DNA of 55,123 nucleotides from Armatimonadota bacterium (lineage in GTDB: Bacteria > Armatimonadota > UBA10988). Position numbers and translations under genes: made by a program. The stretch is taken from the NCBI GenBank assembly GCA_016235455.1, contig JACRKZ010000037.1, positions 1-55,123 on the forward strand, read 5' to 3'. The notes under the pieces were generated by a model, which worked only from the letters and a program-made list of their open reading frames with translations, did not search any database and had not been told where the DNA came from. Of this stretch, positions 37,602-50,200 are shown piece by piece (the first letter of the stretch is position 1; the number at the start of each line of letters is the position of its first letter).

Positions 37602-39188
37602 ATGATGCCACCCGGCGAGCACATGCTGACCTACCGGGCCGAGGTCGGCGGCCAACCGCAGCCCTATCGGCTGTACGTGCCCGCCATCGCGCGCCGCCGG
37701 TACCCCTTGGTGCTGTGCCTGAGTGGCTTTGGCGGCGGCTGCTGGGACTGGTCGCCGACGGACCGGCGCTGGGCCGATGCGCTCGGCGTGGTGCTGGCCG
37801 GGCCCTACGGCTGGGGCAACCAGCACTGGGACGGACTGGGCGAGGACGATGTGCTGCGGGTGCGGCGCGAGGTCGCCGCGCGGCTACCCATCGACGCCGA
37901 CCGCGTCTACCTGCACGGTGGCAGCATGGGCGGCCACGGCGCGCTACGGCTGGCCTGGCGCCACCCGCACCTGTTTGCCGGCACGTCGGCGGTGGCCGGC
38001 TGGATCTCGGGCGAGCAGTGGTACGCCAAGTGGTACGCCGCGCCAGGCGAGTGGAGGCCGCCACCGGCCATCGCGCAGTTGGTAGAGGCCGCCTCGCCCT
38101 GCGCCTGGCGCCAGCAGGCCCGGTTCGTGGCCACACGGCTGGCCTTCGGCACGGCCGACGATGTCAACGAGCCCGAGGACACCGAGTGGCTGCTGGCCAG
38201 CCTGGCCGAGCAGGGCCTGCTCGACGGGCGCCGGGTGGTGGCCGAACGCGTGCCGGGCGGCGGACACGGAGCCGGCGGCGCCTGGCCGCGCGTGCTGCGC
38301 TTCCTGTTACGTCAGCGGCGACGCTGGCCGACCGCGCACCACTCGCCCAACCTGCGCCACGCCGACCTGGGCTGGGTGCGCGTGGACCGACGTCCCGACC
38401 CGCTGGCGACCGTCAGCATCGAGGCCGCCTGGCGAGACGGCCGGGCCGAACTGCGCCTGACCAACGCAGCCGAGGTGGTGCTCCAGCCGGCGTTTGCGCC
38501 GCCGCCGCTGCGCCGCGGGTTCGCGCTGACCATCAACGGCACCGACCACGGCTCGGTCGCGTCGGGCGCGACGGCGCGGCTGGCGCTGACCGCGGCACCC
38601 AGTTCGCTGGCCAAGCGCCGTGGTGCCGACGGCGGGCCGGGCGAGCTGTTCCGCGCGCCGTTCGGCGTGCTGATGCCAGTCCGTGGCGCACAGCGCGCCG
38701 CCGCCGAAGCGTTCGCCGCGGACTGGCAGGCGTGGTTCGGCGGGCCGGTCGCCCAGGCCGCCGTGCCTGGACCGTCAGGCCACCTGGTCGTGTGGGGCGA
38801 TGAGCACGACCACCCGTGGCTGCGGCGCTGGGCCGAGTGGCCCGAGCCACTGGGCGTGCGGCCGTGGCCCGACGGCATCGAGATCGACGGCCAGCGGTTC
38901 GCGGCGGCCCGCTTCGGCTGGCAGGTGCTGCATCCCCTGCCGTGGCAGCCCGAGCGACTGGTGCTGCTGTGCCGCGGCTACCAACGCAGCCCGGTCGACG
39001 CCGAGCAGACGCCGTGGGCCGTAGGAAAGGACCTGGAGAGCCTGCCCTGGCGGGCGCCAGACGTGGTTGTGTTCGACCCGCGCGTCGAGCCCCGCCTGTC
39101 GGTGCAGCCGCCGCTGCGGGTACTCAGCGACGCCTGGGTGCTGGCCGGAACGTTCGACGCGGCCTGGCGCCACCTGCTTGTCTCTTGA
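37602..39188 (+). CDS. alpha/beta hydrolase (esterase or peptidase S9-like)
   Basis: PYRLYVP, IDADRVYLHGGSMGG, GGGH; start uncertain (37536 or 37602). Confidence 0.8.
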   Translation: MMPPGEHMLTYRAEVGGQPQPYRLYVPAIARRRYPLVLCLSGFGGGCWDWSPTDRRWADALGVVLAGPYGWGNQHWDGLGEDDVLRVRREVAARLPIDADRVYLHGGSMGGHGALRLAWRHPHLFAGTSAVAGWISGEQWYAKWYAAPGEWRPPPAIAQLVEAASPCAWRQQARFVATRLAFGTADDVNEPEDTEWLLASLAEQGLLDGRRVVAERVPGGGHGAGGAWPRVLRFLLRQRRRWPTAHHSPNLRHADLGWVRVDRRPDPLATVSIEAAWRDGRAELRLTNAAEVVLQPAFAPPPLRRGFALTINGTDHGSVASGATARLALTAAPSSLAKRRGADGGPGELFRAPFGVLMPVRGAQRAAAEAFAADWQAWFGGPVAQAAVPGPSGHLVVWGDEHDHPWLRRWAEWPEPLGVRPWPDGIEIDGQRFAAARFGWQVLHPLPWQPERLVLLCRGYQRSPVDAEQTPWAVGKDLESLPWRAPDVVVFDPRVEPRLSVQPPLRVLSDAWVLAGTFDAAWRHLLVS

Positions 39189-39287
39189 CGTATTCAACTA
39201 TCAATCCGCCCCATCTCGTCGATGTTGCCCGTGCATGATGCCAGGCGGGAGCCAACGCCCTATCCTTTGGCGGTGGAGGCAGGCACA

Positions 39288-40754
39288 GTGAACAAGCTGG
39301 TGGTCAACGCCGATCTGGGCGATGTGACGATTTCGCGGCATATCCAGGGGCATTTCGCCGAGCACCTGGGACGCTGCATCTACGAAGGCATCTGGGTGGG
39401 CGTGGACTCGCCCATCCCCAACACGCGGGGTATGCGCGACGACGTGCTCGACGCCCTGCGCGCGCTGAAGATGCCCAACGTGCGCTGGCCCGGGGGCTGC
39501 TTCGCCGACACCTACCACTGGATGGACGGCATCGGCCGCAGCATCGACCGGCCGTCGATGGTCAACGTCCACTGGGGCGGCGTGACCGAGAACAACCACT
39601 TCGGCACACACGAGTTCTTCGACTTCTGCGAGCTGGTCGGCACCGAGCCGTATGTGTGCGGCAATGTCGGCTCGGGCAGCGTGCGCGAGATGGCTGAGTG
39701 GGTCGAGTACATCACCATGCCCGGCGCCAGCCCGATGTCCGACCTGCGTCGCGACAACGGCCGCGCCGAGCCCTGGCCGCTGAAGTACTGGGCGGTAGGC
39801 AATGAGAACTGGGGCTGCGGCGGCAACATGCGGCCCGAGTACTATGCCGACCTCTACCGGCAGTACGCCTGCTTCCTGCGGCACTTTGGCGGTGACAAGC
39901 TCTACAAAGTCGCCTGCGGGCACACCGACGAGTGGAACCGGGTGCTGGTCGACCGCTGCCATCAGCACATGGACGGCATCAGCATCCACTACTACACCTC
40001 CGAGGGCGGCTGGAACAAGAAGGGCTCGGCTACCGAGTTCGACGAGGCGGGCTGGTTCGCCATGCTGCGCGGCGGCTCGCTGGTGGAGCCGTTCATCCGC
40101 AAGACCGCCGGTATTCTCGACGCTTACGACCCCGCCGGCCGCATCGGCATCATTCTCGACGAGTGGGGCTCGTGGTACAACGTGGAGCCCGGCACCAACC
40201 CCGGCTTCCTCTACCAGCAGAACACCATGCGCGACGCACTGCTGGCGGGCCTGTCGCTCAACATCTTCAACGCCTGGGCCAAGCGGCTGCACATGGCCAA
40301 CATCGCCCAGACCATCAACGTGCTGCAGGCGATGATCCTGACCGAGGGTGGGCGCATGGTGCGCACACCGACCTATCACGTGTTCGAGATGTACAACGTG
40401 CATCAGGACGCCACGCTGGTGCCGATCAGCCTGGACTGCGCGAAGTATGAGATGAATGGCCAGTCCATCGCACAGGTCAGCGCCTCGGCCTCGCGCCGGG
40501 CCGATGGCGTGCTGCACCTGACGCTGTGCAACCTGCACCATGCCGACAGCGCCGACCTGGCCATCGACCTGCGCGGTCTCGCCGCCCAATCGGTCAGCGG
40601 GCGCATCCTGGTGGGCGACCGCATCCAGGCCCACAACACGTTCGACCAGCCAGACCAGGTGGTACCCGTGGCCTTCGACGGCGCCAGGCTGTCGTCCGAT
40701 GGGCTGCTGGTGCAGTTGCCCGCGGCGTCGGTGGTGGTGCTGGCGATCTCGTGA
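39288..40754 (+). CDS. alpha-L-arabinofuranosidase, GH51
   Basis: [50 protein letters not shown]; GGAGG before the GTG at 39288. Confidence 0.95.
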   Translation: MNKLVVNADLGDVTISRHIQGHFAEHLGRCIYEGIWVGVDSPIPNTRGMRDDVLDALRALKMPNVRWPGGCFADTYHWMDGIGRSIDRPSMVNVHWGGVTENNHFGTHEFFDFCELVGTEPYVCGNVGSGSVREMAEWVEYITMPGASPMSDLRRDNGRAEPWPLKYWAVGNENWGCGGNMRPEYYADLYRQYACFLRHFGGDKLYKVACGHTDEWNRVLVDRCHQHMDGISIHYYTSEGGWNKKGSATEFDEAGWFAMLRGGSLVEPFIRKTAGILDAYDPAGRIGIILDEWGSWYNVEPGTNPGFLYQQNTMRDALLAGLSLNIFNAWAKRLHMANIAQTINVLQAMILTEGGRMVRTPTYHVFEMYNVHQDATLVPISLDCAKYEMNGQSIAQVSASASRRADGVLHLTLCNLHHADSADLAIDLRGLAAQSVSGRILVGDRIQAHNTFDQPDQVVPVAFDGARLSSDGLLVQLPAASVVVLAIS

Positions 40755-41005
40755 GCCACGACTGCCCCGGCTGCGGGGTGACGGTGCGGCTGGCAGCCGG
40801 CGAGATTGACCGGCTGCTGGCCGCCTACGTGGCCGCCTCGCCCGAGCCGCTGGCCGATGAGGCCGTGGCGGCGCGGCGGCTGGCCGTGTGTCGCGACTGC
40901 GCCGACCTGCGCTATGGCACCACGTGTCGGCACTGCGGCTGCCTGGTGGACATTCGCGCGCGGCTGGCGGCCCGGTCCTGTCCGGCGCCGTCAGCGCGGT
41001 GGTGA
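40751..41005 (+). CDS. small Cys-rich protein (DUF6171-like)
   Basis: CPGC...RRLAVCRDC...[11 protein letters not shown].....CP....W; GTGA overlap with the GH51 stop. Confidence 0.75.
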   Translation: MSHDCPGCGVTVRLAAGEIDRLLAAYVAASPEPLADEAVAARRLAVCRDCADLRYGTTCRHCGCLVDIRARLAARSCPAPSARW

Positions 41006-42022
41006 GGGCCAGCGACCCGCGGCGAGTGCGCGGTAGATGGTGGCGATCTCCGCCAACGGCGCGCTGTACGTGCCCCGGTAGGGCTGGCCGGCGCGCAACC
41101 GCTCATAGAATGACGCCCCGGGCCCATCGTGCGCGCGGGCATAGGAGTTGGCCTGCAGAATGCACAGGTCACTGCTGAACCCGGCCAGGCAGCCCTTGGC
41201 CGCCGCCTCGCGGATCAGCAGCGCGCCGAGCGTGTTGCGCTCGGGCGGCAGCGGGTCGTTGCGCTCGGCGTCGTCGTAGCCCGGATAGGCCCCGCGCTCC
41301 GTCGCGCGGTAGTCCCAGGCCACGGTGATCAGGTCCCAGACGATGGGCAGGCCGCCGTTGCGCGCGGTCACCCAGTCGCGCAGCGTGGCCGCGCCGAAGC
41401 CCGGCTGCTGCCAGTCCTCCGTGTTGCGGCGCCCGTGGCAGAAGCCGCTCCAGGTGTCCTGCACCGCCGCCACGAACGGCTCGCCCAGCGACTCGCCGGG
41501 CTGCAACCCGACGCGCACCAGCCCGCCGGGGCAGGCCTCGGACAGCACCGCCAACCCGTCGCCCTGGTCGCGGCCGGGCAGCACATCAAAGACGGCCAGC
41601 CGCGCCGAGTGCAACTCATCGCGGCAGAACGCGGCCAACTGCCGCAACTCCTCGCGCCGGTAGACCGGCGTGAGTGGCGGGTCGTACATGCGCAGCACAA
41701 AGGTCGGCACCAGGTCCACGGTGGTGGGACAGGCGACGCGCCAGTCGCGCAGCACGCGCACGGCCTCGGCCACCGGCAGTTCAGCGTGGCAGACCAGGTA
41801 GAGCCGATTGGCGGCCAGGTCGCCGGTCAGCACGGTCGCGGCGAGCGTGATCTGGTCGGTCGTGGGCGCCACGCAGACGGGGAAGTCCGGGCCCCAATAG
41901 CCTCGTTGCGGCAGCGGTGCCAGCGAGGCGTGGAGCCAGTACGAGCGCTCCAAGCGGCTTGCATCCGGCTCGGCGGCGGCCGCTGCCCCCAGCATCGCCA
42001 CGGCCAGCAGCAGCCACCTCAT
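40991..42022 (-). CDS. secreted hypothetical protein
   Basis: GGAGG RBS, signal peptide MRWLLLAVAMLGAAAAA, globular-looking sequence. Confidence 0.7.
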   Translation of the reverse strand: MRWLLLAVAMLGAAAAAEPDASRLERSYWLHASLAPLPQRGYWGPDFPVCVAPTTDQITLAATVLTGDLAANRLYLVCHAELPVAEAVRVLRDWRVACPTTVDLVPTFVLRMYDPPLTPVYRREELRQLAAFCRDELHSARLAVFDVLPGRDQGDGLAVLSEACPGGLVRVGLQPGESLGEPFVAAVQDTWSGFCHGRRNTEDWQQPGFGAATLRDWVTARNGGLPIVWDLITVAWDYRATERGAYPGYDDAERNDPLPPERNTLGALLIREAAAKGCLAGFSSDLCILQANSYARAHDGPGASFYERLRAGQPYRGTYSAPLAEIATIYRALAAGRWPSPPR

Positions 42023-42037
42023 GCCCGGACCTCCGCG

Positions 42038-42583
42038 TCAACCACCGAACGCATGCTCGTCGAACGACCAGCGGTACGGATGTCCGCTCAGCCGGCGCAG
42101 AAGGCCACACTGGCCGCCATGGTACGTCCAGTGCCACAGCAAGTGCTGGAGCACGCCGCGCGGCGTGAACAACCGGCCGTCCTCGGCGGTCACCACCTGC
42201 CCGGCGTCGGGCAGCCCCGCCAGCGCGGGCCGGGTCACCTCGCGGCGCACACGCTCACACAGGCAGAGCAGCGCCGCGGCATCGCCGTCGGCGGCGTCGC
42301 TGGTCAGCGCCTGCTCCAGCTCGGGCGCCATCGGACGACAAGCCAGCATTGTGATCCAGCGGCATTCGGCCCAGGCCATGTGCCTGGTCAGGCTCGCCAG
42401 ATGGTTGCCCAGTCCCGGTGGCAGACAGCACAGTGCTGTACCCGGCAGATCCTCGATCAGGTCGCGATGGCGCGCGGACAGCTCGTCTAGCGCGCCGCAC
42501 AGCGCCGCCAGTTCGGCGCAGACCAGGCCATCGCTGGCCGGCACACAGTAGCGGCGGCCGCGGCCCGCCTTGCACTCGGGCAT
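42038..42583 (-). CDS. DinB/DUF664 superfamily protein
   Basis: RHMAWAECRWI and LQHLLWHWTYHGGQ histidine motifs. Confidence 0.75.
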   Translation of the reverse strand: MPECKAGRGRRYCVPASDGLVCAELAALCGALDELSARHRDLIEDLPGTALCCLPPGLGNHLASLTRHMAWAECRWITMLACRPMAPELEQALTSDAADGDAAALLCLCERVRREVTRPALAGLPDAGQVVTAEDGRLFTPRGVLQHLLWHWTYHGGQCGLLRRLSGHPYRWSFDEHAFGG

Positions 42584-42799
42584 GGTTGGTCTCTCCGTCG
42601 GCGGCGTTCGTCACGCGGCGCGGCTCTCCTGCCTCTGGCGCGGGCCAGTGCGCGCCGCTCCGGGCTGGTTCACATACGTGTTACAATATCGCCGCGGAAT
42701 GGACTTTGTAGTGTTTGGGCCGGGCTGAAAGCGATGCCAGCGCCAACGCAGAGCGCCAACAGGTCCTATAATCGGCGCGACAACTCAGGGAGAAGTGGT

Positions 42800-45700
42800 T
42801 TGCCCGGTCGAGGTAGCCAGGCGATGGTTGTGGTCAGCAGTCCGGGGCTTCGCAACGCCCTGATGGCGCTGGCCAAAGGCAGCGGGCTGATGTGCACCGC
42901 CTACGAGCAGGCCGACGAGGCGCTGGCAGCGCTCGTGGTCGGGCCGGTGCCCAGACTCTTGCTGGCCCAGGACGACCTGCCCGGCACCAGCGGCGCTCGC
43001 CTGCGCGAGTTGCTCGCCACGGCGATGCCCGGCCTGGCGGTCGTGGTCGTCGCCGAGGGCGACACCCGCGCACCGGACGTGCTGCGCTGGCCAGAGGACC
43101 AAGAGCCGTTGGCAGCCCGCCTGGCCCAGGCCGCGGCCGCCGGCGCCGCGGCGGTCCGGGCCAGCGAGATCCGCGTCCTGGTGCCCGAGCAGTGCTCGCT
43201 CAACATGCTCCTGGCGGAATCGCGCGACCTTACCGCGGCACTGCCGATCGGCCTGCTCCAGACGACGATCGACGGTCGCGTCCTGGCGGTCAACGGGGTC
43301 TGCGTGGAGATTGTGCGCTGCCCGGAGGACCAGATCGAGGCCTACTTCGGCCGTGGCATCAGGGCCATGTACGCCGACGACCGCGACCGGCAGCGCCTGG
43401 CCGACGAACTGGCCGCGCGCGGCGGCGTGCATCATTGGCCGCTGCGCCTCGTCCGGTACGACGGGACGTCTGTTTGGGTCAGCATCAACGCCCACCTGCG
43501 GCGCGGCCGGAACGGCAAGCCCGATCGCATCAACGCGTCGTTGCTGGATGTGACCGCGCAGCACGAGTCCACCATGGCGTTGGAACTCGACCTGGCCCTC
43601 GAACGCGTGCGCTCGGAAGTGCTGGCCATGCGCGACGAGACCGACTGGTGGGACGTGGTGCGTGCCTTCGAGCAGTCGATGCGCGGTCTCCTGTCCTTCC
43701 AGTGCTGTAGCGTCAACCTGCTGGACCCCGACCACGAGCAGGTGCGCCTGTTCATCTGCCCGCCCCTCGTCGTCGGCCGCTGCTTCAAGACGTCGGCCAT
43801 CCACCCCGCCTTGACGCTGGCCGCCGAGACGGGCCAGGCGCTGATTCGCAACCGTGGCGACGAACTCTTCGATGAGCGTGTGGTGCCCGAGGTCAACTGC
43901 ATCCTCGACGTGCCGTTCGACGGTGGCACAGTGGCGCTCAACAGCACCTCGTACAACGCCTTCGGGGCGCGCGAAGTGGCCATACTGGAGCGGTTCGCCA
44001 AGGTGCTGACCGCGGGCCATCGGCGCCTGAGCGACATGCAGGCCCGCGCCCGCGCCGAAGCGGAGAACCTGCGCACCAAGGAGCGCTACGAGGAGCTGGT
44101 CCGGCGCATTCCCGTCGGCGTCTACGTATACCGCGTGGCCGCCTCGGGTGAGCATGAACTGGACTACGTGAGCCCGCAACTGGCACGCATGTCCGGCGTC
44201 GACATCGATCAGATGCAGGGCGATGCCAGCCTGGCCTTCGGTATGATCCATCCCGAGGATCTGCCTGGCTTCGTGCACCACACGCTCGAATGCGCCGCCG
44301 CACTCACGCCCTTCCGCTGGGCCGGGCGAGCCATCGCCCACGGCCAGACCCGCTACATACGCGTCGAGTCCGACCCGACCGTGCTGCCCGATGGTGACAG
44401 CATCTGGTCGGGCATCGTCATCGACGTGACCGAGCAGCGCGTCGCCACCGAAGCGCTGGGCGCCAGTCTGGAGCGCATCCGCGCCCTGGTCGACGCCAAC
44501 CCTGACACCTTCTTCGTGCTGTCGACCGACGGCCTGATCCTGGACGCCAAGACCGACCGACCTGACCACCTGCTGGCTCCCCCGAGCTACTTCGTGGGCA
44601 AACACATCGGCGAGGTGCTGCCCGCCGACGTGGCCATCCTGGCCGCCGCCAAGATGGCTGAAGCGCGGCGCTCGAGTGAGCCGGTGCAGTTCGACTACGG
44701 GCTCGATTTCCCTTCTGGCCGGCACGAGTTCGAGTGCCGACTGGTCCGCCTGGGCGACGATGGGCTGATGGCGGTGATCCGCGACGTCACCCAACGGCGC
44801 CAGGCCGAGGCCGAGCGCGAGCGTCTGATGGTGGCCATCGAGCAGGCGGCCGAAACCGTCGTCATCACCGACGCCGAGGGCACCATCCAGTACGCCAACC
44901 CGATGTTCGAGCGCGTCAGCGGCTACACCCGCGAGGAGGCCATCGGGCAGACCCCTCGTCTCCTCAAGAGTGGCCAGCAGGACGATGAGACCTACCGCGT
45001 GCTATGGCACACCATCGCCAGTGGCGGCACGTGGGTGGGCCGGCTGGTCAACCGCCGCCGCGATGGCACGCTGTTCACCGAGGAAGTGACCATCTCGCCC
45101 GTGCGCAACCACGAAGGCGTGATCACCAACTACGTCGCGGTCAAGCGCGACATCAGCGCGCAACTCAGCCTCGAAGCCCAGTTGGCCCAGGCGCAGAAGA
45201 TGGAGTCCGTAGGCCGCCTGGCCGGCGGCGTGGCGCACGATTTTAACAACATGCTCGGCGTCATTCTGGGTCATGCCGAGCACGTCCTGCAGCGCATGGA
45301 CTCGGCTTCGCCGCTGCGGGCCGACCTGGACGAGATCCGCAACGCGGCGCTGCGCTCGGCCGATCTGACCCGCCAACTGCTGGCCTTTGCCCGCCAGCAG
45401 GCCATCGCCCCGCGCCTGCTCGACCTCAACCGCGCCGTGGGTGGCGTGCTGCGCATGCTGGAGCGGCTCATCGGCGAGCACATCGAGTTGCGCTGGGCGC
45501 CCGCGGACGACCTGTGGCCGGTGCGCGTCGACCCGTCGCAGATCGACCAGATCCTGGCCAACCTGTGCGTCAACGCGCGCGACGCCATCTCGGGCACAGG
45601 CCGGGTCACCATCGAGACGAGAAACCGGGTCCTCACCGACGCCCCGGCCGGCGCCGACCTGGCGCCCGGCGACTACGTCGAACTGTCGGTTGCCGACGAC

Positions 45701-46312
45701 GGCAGCGGCATGGACGAGCACACCGTGGCCCGCATCTTCGAGCCATTCTTCACCACCAAGGTAGTTGGCGAAGGCACCGGCCTCGGCCTGGCCACGGTCT
45801 ATGGCGCGGTCCGGCAGAACGACGGCGTCATCCGCGTCGAGAGCGAGCCCGGCCGCGGCACCACCTTCCGCATCTACCTGCCGCGGCACGCCGCGGAACC
45901 CGCCGCCGCGCCAGCCCCCTCCGAGGTCACCGAGTTGCCGCACGGCGAGGGTACCGTCCTGTTGGTCGAGGACGAGCCCTCCATCCTGCGCATGGCCGAG
46001 CGCATGCTCGAACTCGTCGGCTACACCGTGATCGCCGCGCCCTCACCCAGCGACGCGTTGCGTCTGGCCACCGAGCACGACGGCCCCGTCGACCTGGTCA
46101 TCACCGACGTGGTCATGCCCGAGATGAACGGCCCGCAACTCGTCGCTGAGTTGCGCGGCGCCCGGCCCGAGGTGCGGGCGCTGTTCATGTCGGGCCACAC
46201 CGCCGACACCGTGGCCAACCACGGCGTGCTCGACGGTGACGTCGAGTTCATCGCCAAGCCATTCACCACGCTCGATCTGGTCGCCGCGGTCGGGCGACTG
46301 GTCGGCAGCTAG
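42800..46312 (+). CDS. hybrid sensor histidine kinase (pseudo-REC, PAS, GAF-like, PAS x3, HisKA, HATPase, REC)
   Basis: [41 protein letters not shown]-terminal DVVMP; TTG start with GGAGA conserved in the paralog. Confidence 0.93.
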   Translation: MPGRGSQAMVVVSSPGLRNALMALAKGSGLMCTAYEQADEALAALVVGPVPRLLLAQDDLPGTSGARLRELLATAMPGLAVVVVAEGDTRAPDVLRWPEDQEPLAARLAQAAAAGAAAVRASEIRVLVPEQCSLNMLLAESRDLTAALPIGLLQTTIDGRVLAVNGVCVEIVRCPEDQIEAYFGRGIRAMYADDRDRQRLADELAARGGVHHWPLRLVRYDGTSVWVSINAHLRRGRNGKPDRINASLLDVTAQHESTMALELDLALERVRSEVLAMRDETDWWDVVRAFEQSMRGLLSFQCCSVNLLDPDHEQVRLFICPPLVVGRCFKTSAIHPALTLAAETGQALIRNRGDELFDERVVPEVNCILDVPFDGGTVALNSTSYNAFGAREVAILERFAKVLTAGHRRLSDMQARARAEAENLRTKERYEELVRRIPVGVYVYRVAASGEHELDYVSPQLARMSGVDIDQMQGDASLAFGMIHPEDLPGFVHHTLECAAALTPFRWAGRAIAHGQTRYIRVESDPTVLPDGDSIWSGIVIDVTEQRVATEALGASLERIRALVDANPDTFFVLSTDGLILDAKTDRPDHLLAPPSYFVGKHIGEVLPADVAILAAAKMAEARRSSEPVQFDYGLDFPSGRHEFECRLVRLGDDGLMAVIRDVTQRRQAEAERERLMVAIEQAAETVVITDAEGTIQYANPMFERVSGYTREEAIGQTPRLLKSGQQDDETYRVLWHTIASGGTWVGRLVNRRRDGTLFTEEVTISPVRNHEGVITNYVAVKRDISAQLSLEAQLAQAQKMESVGRLAGGVAHDFNNMLGVILGHAEHVLQRMDSASPLRADLDEIRNAALRSADLTRQLLAFARQQAIAPRLLDLNRAVGGVLRMLERLIGEHIELRWAPADDLWPVRVDPSQIDQILANLCVNARDAISGTGRVTIETRNRVLTDAPAGADLAPGDYVELSVADDGSGMDEHTVARIFEPFFTTKVVGEGTGLGLATVYGAVRQNDGVIRVESEPGRGTTFRIYLPRHAAEPAAAPAPSEVTELPHGEGTVLLVEDEPSILRMAERMLELVGYTVIAAPSPSDALRLATEHDGPVDLVITDVVMPEMNGPQLVAELRGARPEVRALFMSGHTADTVANHGVLDGDVEFIAKPFTTLDLVAAVGRLVGS

Positions 46313-46321
46313 GAGACACCG

Positions 46322-47113
46322 ATGCCACTGCCTGACCAACCCCGCAGCGTGCTCGACTTGTTCCGCCTGGACGGGCGCCGCGCACTGGTCACCGGCGGCT
46401 CCAAGGGGCTTGGTCTGGCCATTGCCACCGCCCTGGCCGAGGCCGGGGCCGAGGTCGTGCTGGTCAGCCGCACGCTGGCCGACTGCCAGACCGCCGCCCA
46501 CTCGGTGACCGCGGCCACCGGCCAGCGCGCGTGGGGCATGGCCGCCGATGTAGGGGTGGCCGCGCAGGTCGACGCCCTCGCCGCGCAGGTGGCCGCTGAG
46601 GCCGGCGCGGTCGACATCCTGGTCAACAGTGCCGGCATCAACATCCGCCGGCCCATCGCCGAAATGACCGAGGCTGACTGGGACGCCGTGGTCGGCGTCA
46701 ATCTCAAGGCGCCGTACCTGCTGTCCCGCGCCTTTGGCCCGGCCATGGCCGCGCGCGGCTGGGGCCGCATCATCCACCTGGGCTCGATCATGTCGCAGGT
46801 CAGCATCGCCGGTCGCTCGCCCTACGCCTCGGCCAAGGCTGGGCTGCTGGGCCTGACCCGCACGCTGGCGCTCGAATGGGCCACCACCGGCGTCACCGTC
46901 AACGCGCTGTGCCCCGGCCCCTTCGCCACGGAGATGAACCTGCCGCTGCTCAACGACCCGGCGCAGTACGAAGCCTTCGTGGCCAAGATCCCCATGGGCC
47001 GCTGGGGTGAACTGCACGAGATCACCGGCGCGGCGCTGTTCCTGGCCAGCGCCGCGTCCTCGTTCGTCACGGGCAGCGCGCTGTACATCGACGGCGGGTG
47101 GACGGCGCAGTAG
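46322..47113 (+). CDS. SDR family oxidoreductase (KduD/gluconate 5-dehydrogenase-like)
   Basis: [26 protein letters not shown]. Confidence 0.92.
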   Translation: MPLPDQPRSVLDLFRLDGRRALVTGGSKGLGLAIATALAEAGAEVVLVSRTLADCQTAAHSVTAATGQRAWGMAADVGVAAQVDALAAQVAAEAGAVDILVNSAGINIRRPIAEMTEADWDAVVGVNLKAPYLLSRAFGPAMAARGWGRIIHLGSIMSQVSIAGRSPYASAKAGLLGLTRTLALEWATTGVTVNALCPGPFATEMNLPLLNDPAQYEAFVAKIPMGRWGELHEITGAALFLASAASSFVTGSALYIDGGWTAQ

Positions 47114-47291
47114 TTGGCCGTCGCCCGGAGCCGCCGGCGCGGCGCGGCCGGCGGGGTTCAAGCGCCTGTCACATTGCCCTCGCGGCGACAGACTTTGTTG
47201 CGCTCGACCGCACAGCAGACCATCAAACTGGAGTACTTTGGTGGTCTGCGGCCGGGTCACTGCCGGAGCCGACCGCGCGGGGAGATGCGTA

Positions 47292-50200
47292 TTGCCCGGC
47301 AGCGGCAACCAGGCGATGGTCGTGGCAAGCGATGCGGATCTCCGCGAGGCGCTTTGTACCGTGGTCACGCGTCTCGGGTTCGGCGCCCGCTCCCACGACT
47401 GCGCCGACGAGGCGCTGGCCGCGCTGCTCAGTGGGCCGTCGCCCCGGTGCCTGTTGGCGCAGGCCGACCTGCCCGGCACCAGCGGCGCACGGTTGCGCGA
47501 CCTCCTGGCGACCGCCCTGCCGGAAGTTCCGGTCGCCGTCGTCACCACGCAGGGCCAGGGCCACCCAGACCAAGTGGCGTGGCCAGCCGAGGAGGCGAGG
47601 CTGGTCAAGACCATCGGCGAACTGGCCGCGCGTCGCGCCGACCGGGGCGCCACCAGCGACCTGTTGATCCTCGACCCGGATGCCGTGTTGGCGCCGAGCC
47701 TGCTGGCCGAGTCGCTCGATCTCGCGTGGGGGCTGCCCATCGGCCTGCTGCAGACGCACCCCGACGGCCGCGTGCTGGCCATGAACCGCACCTGCGCACA
47801 GATCGCGCGGTGCCCCGACGGCGCGGTCCAAGCCTGGTTCTCGCGCGGCATCCGCGCGATCTACGCCGACCCGCGCGACCGCGATCGCATGCTGGCCGAC
47901 ATCAGCGAGCACGGCGTGGTGCGCGACGTGACCGTGGCCATCCAGCGCTACGATGGCACCCAGGGTTGGGTCCGCGTCAATGCCCGCATGTACCCCGGGC
48001 GCCCAGGCGAGCCGGGGCACATCGACACCTCGCTGCTGGACGTCACGGCGGAGCATGACGCGACGGCCAACCTGGAGTCCGACCTCGCCCTCGAGCGGGT
48101 GCGGTCGGCGGTGCTCGAAATGACCGACGAGGGCGACTGGTGGCACGTGGTGCATGCCTTTGCCCAGGCGGCGCGCGGCGTGATGCACTTTGTCGAGTGT
48201 GGCGTGAACCTCGTCGACTGCGACCGGCAGGAGATGCGCGGGTTCAACTCGGGTGACCCGAACGGCGACCTGGGCTACCATCGTACCGAGATTGGCCCAG
48301 CCCTGGCGCTGGTGGTCCAGACCGGCCAGGCCATGGTGCGCGAGCGGGGCGATGCCTTGTTCGGCAACGACTTCCGAGCCGAGATCAACAGCGTGGTCGA
48401 TGTGCCCTTCTCCGGGGGCACGGTGGCCCTGAACAGCACCGAGTTCGGCGCTTTTGGCCCGCGCGAGATAGGGCTCCTGGAGCACTACGCCAAGGTCATG
48501 ACCACGGGCCATCGCCGCCTGCTCGACCTGCAGGCACGAGCCCTGGCCGAGGCCGAGACCCGGCAGTCCAAGGAGCGTTACGAGGAACTGGTCCGGCGCA
48601 TTCCCATTGGTGTCTACGTGTACCGCGTGACGGCCGCGGGCGAGCGCCTGATTGAGTACGCCAGTCCGCAACTAGCGCGCATGACGGGCCACGCCGCCGA
48701 GGACTTGCAGGGCGATGCCGCGCTGGCCTTCGGCATGATCCACCCCGACGACCTGGCCGACTTCGTCCAGCACAACATCGAGACCACCGCGGCGCTTACG
48801 CCCTTCCGCTGGGAGGGCCGCGCCGTTGTCGCCGGCGAGGTGCGGCATATCCGCATGGAGTCCGACCCCACGCCGCTGCCCAACGGCGACAGCGTGTGGT
48901 CGGGCATCGTCATCGACGTCACTGAGCAGCGTGCCGCGGCGGACGAGTTGCGCCGCAGCCAGGAACGCTACCACTCGTTTGTCGCCAACAGCCACGAAGC
49001 CATCTACTGCACCGAGTTCGACCAACCCATCGACACCGGTCTGCCCACAGAGGAGCAGATCGACGCTATCTATGCCCACGGGTACCTGGGCGAGTGCAAC
49101 GCCGCCATGGCGGCCATGTACGGCTTTGAGGCCACCGAGCAGTTTGTCGGCCAGCGGCTGGTGGACTTCCATGGCGGCAGTGACAACCCGGCCAATCGAG
49201 ACGTTTTCCGGCGGTTCATCGCCTCGAACTACCGCGCGCTTGACTCGGAGACCGAGGAGTACCTGCCCGATGGCCAGCGTCGCTACTTCCTGAGCAGCGA
49301 CGTGGGCGTGGTGAGTGACGACCGGCTGCTGCGCATCTGGGGGACGGCCAGCGACGTCACCGAACGGAGGCTGGCCGAGCAGGCGCTGCGCCGACGCGAC
49401 GAGCTGCTCGCGGCAGCGGCCCAGGCGGGCCGCATGTTGCTCACCCAGGACGACCTGCCGTCCACGTTGGCGCAGATCGTGGACCGCATCGGCCCGGCCT
49501 CCGGACAGGATCGCGCCTACCTCTTCGAGTTCCATCCCGACACCGATGCCGGCCAGGTATCAGCCTCCTTGCGGTACGAGTGGGTGCGTGACGGAGTCGA
49601 GCCCCAGATGGCCTCGCCCCAACTGCAGGACATCCCCTTCGCGGAGTTGGCGCCGTACTCCTGGTCGCGGCTCGGCCGCGGCGAGTGCGTCTGCGCCCGA
49701 GTGGCCGACCTGCCCGAGACCGAGCGTGCCGTGTTGGAGCCGCAAGGCATCCTGTCCCTCCTGCTCGTGCCCATCCAGGCGGACGGCGCGGCCTGGGGCT
49801 TCATCGGCTTCGACGCCTGCACCGCTGCCTACGACTGGCGCGCGGGCGAGCAGGCCGCACTGATGAGCATCGCCGCTGCCATTGGCGGCGCGGTGGAGCG
49901 ACTGCGTGCGGCCCAGGCCCTGCGCGAGAGCATGGAGCGCAACCGGACGCTGGTGGACGCCAACCCCGACAGCTTCTTTGTGATCTCAGCCGACGGCACC
50001 ATTCTCGACGCCAAGACCGAGCGCGCGGACAGCCTGCTCCCACCGGCGACGTACTTCGTCGGTAAGCACGTCAGCGAGGTCCTGCCCGACGATACCGCGG
50101 CGCTCACCGCAGCCAAGATGGCCGAAGTGCTCCTCGCTGACCAGCCGGTGACCTACACCTACAGCATCGAGTTCCCCTCGGGCTGGCATGACTTCGAGTG

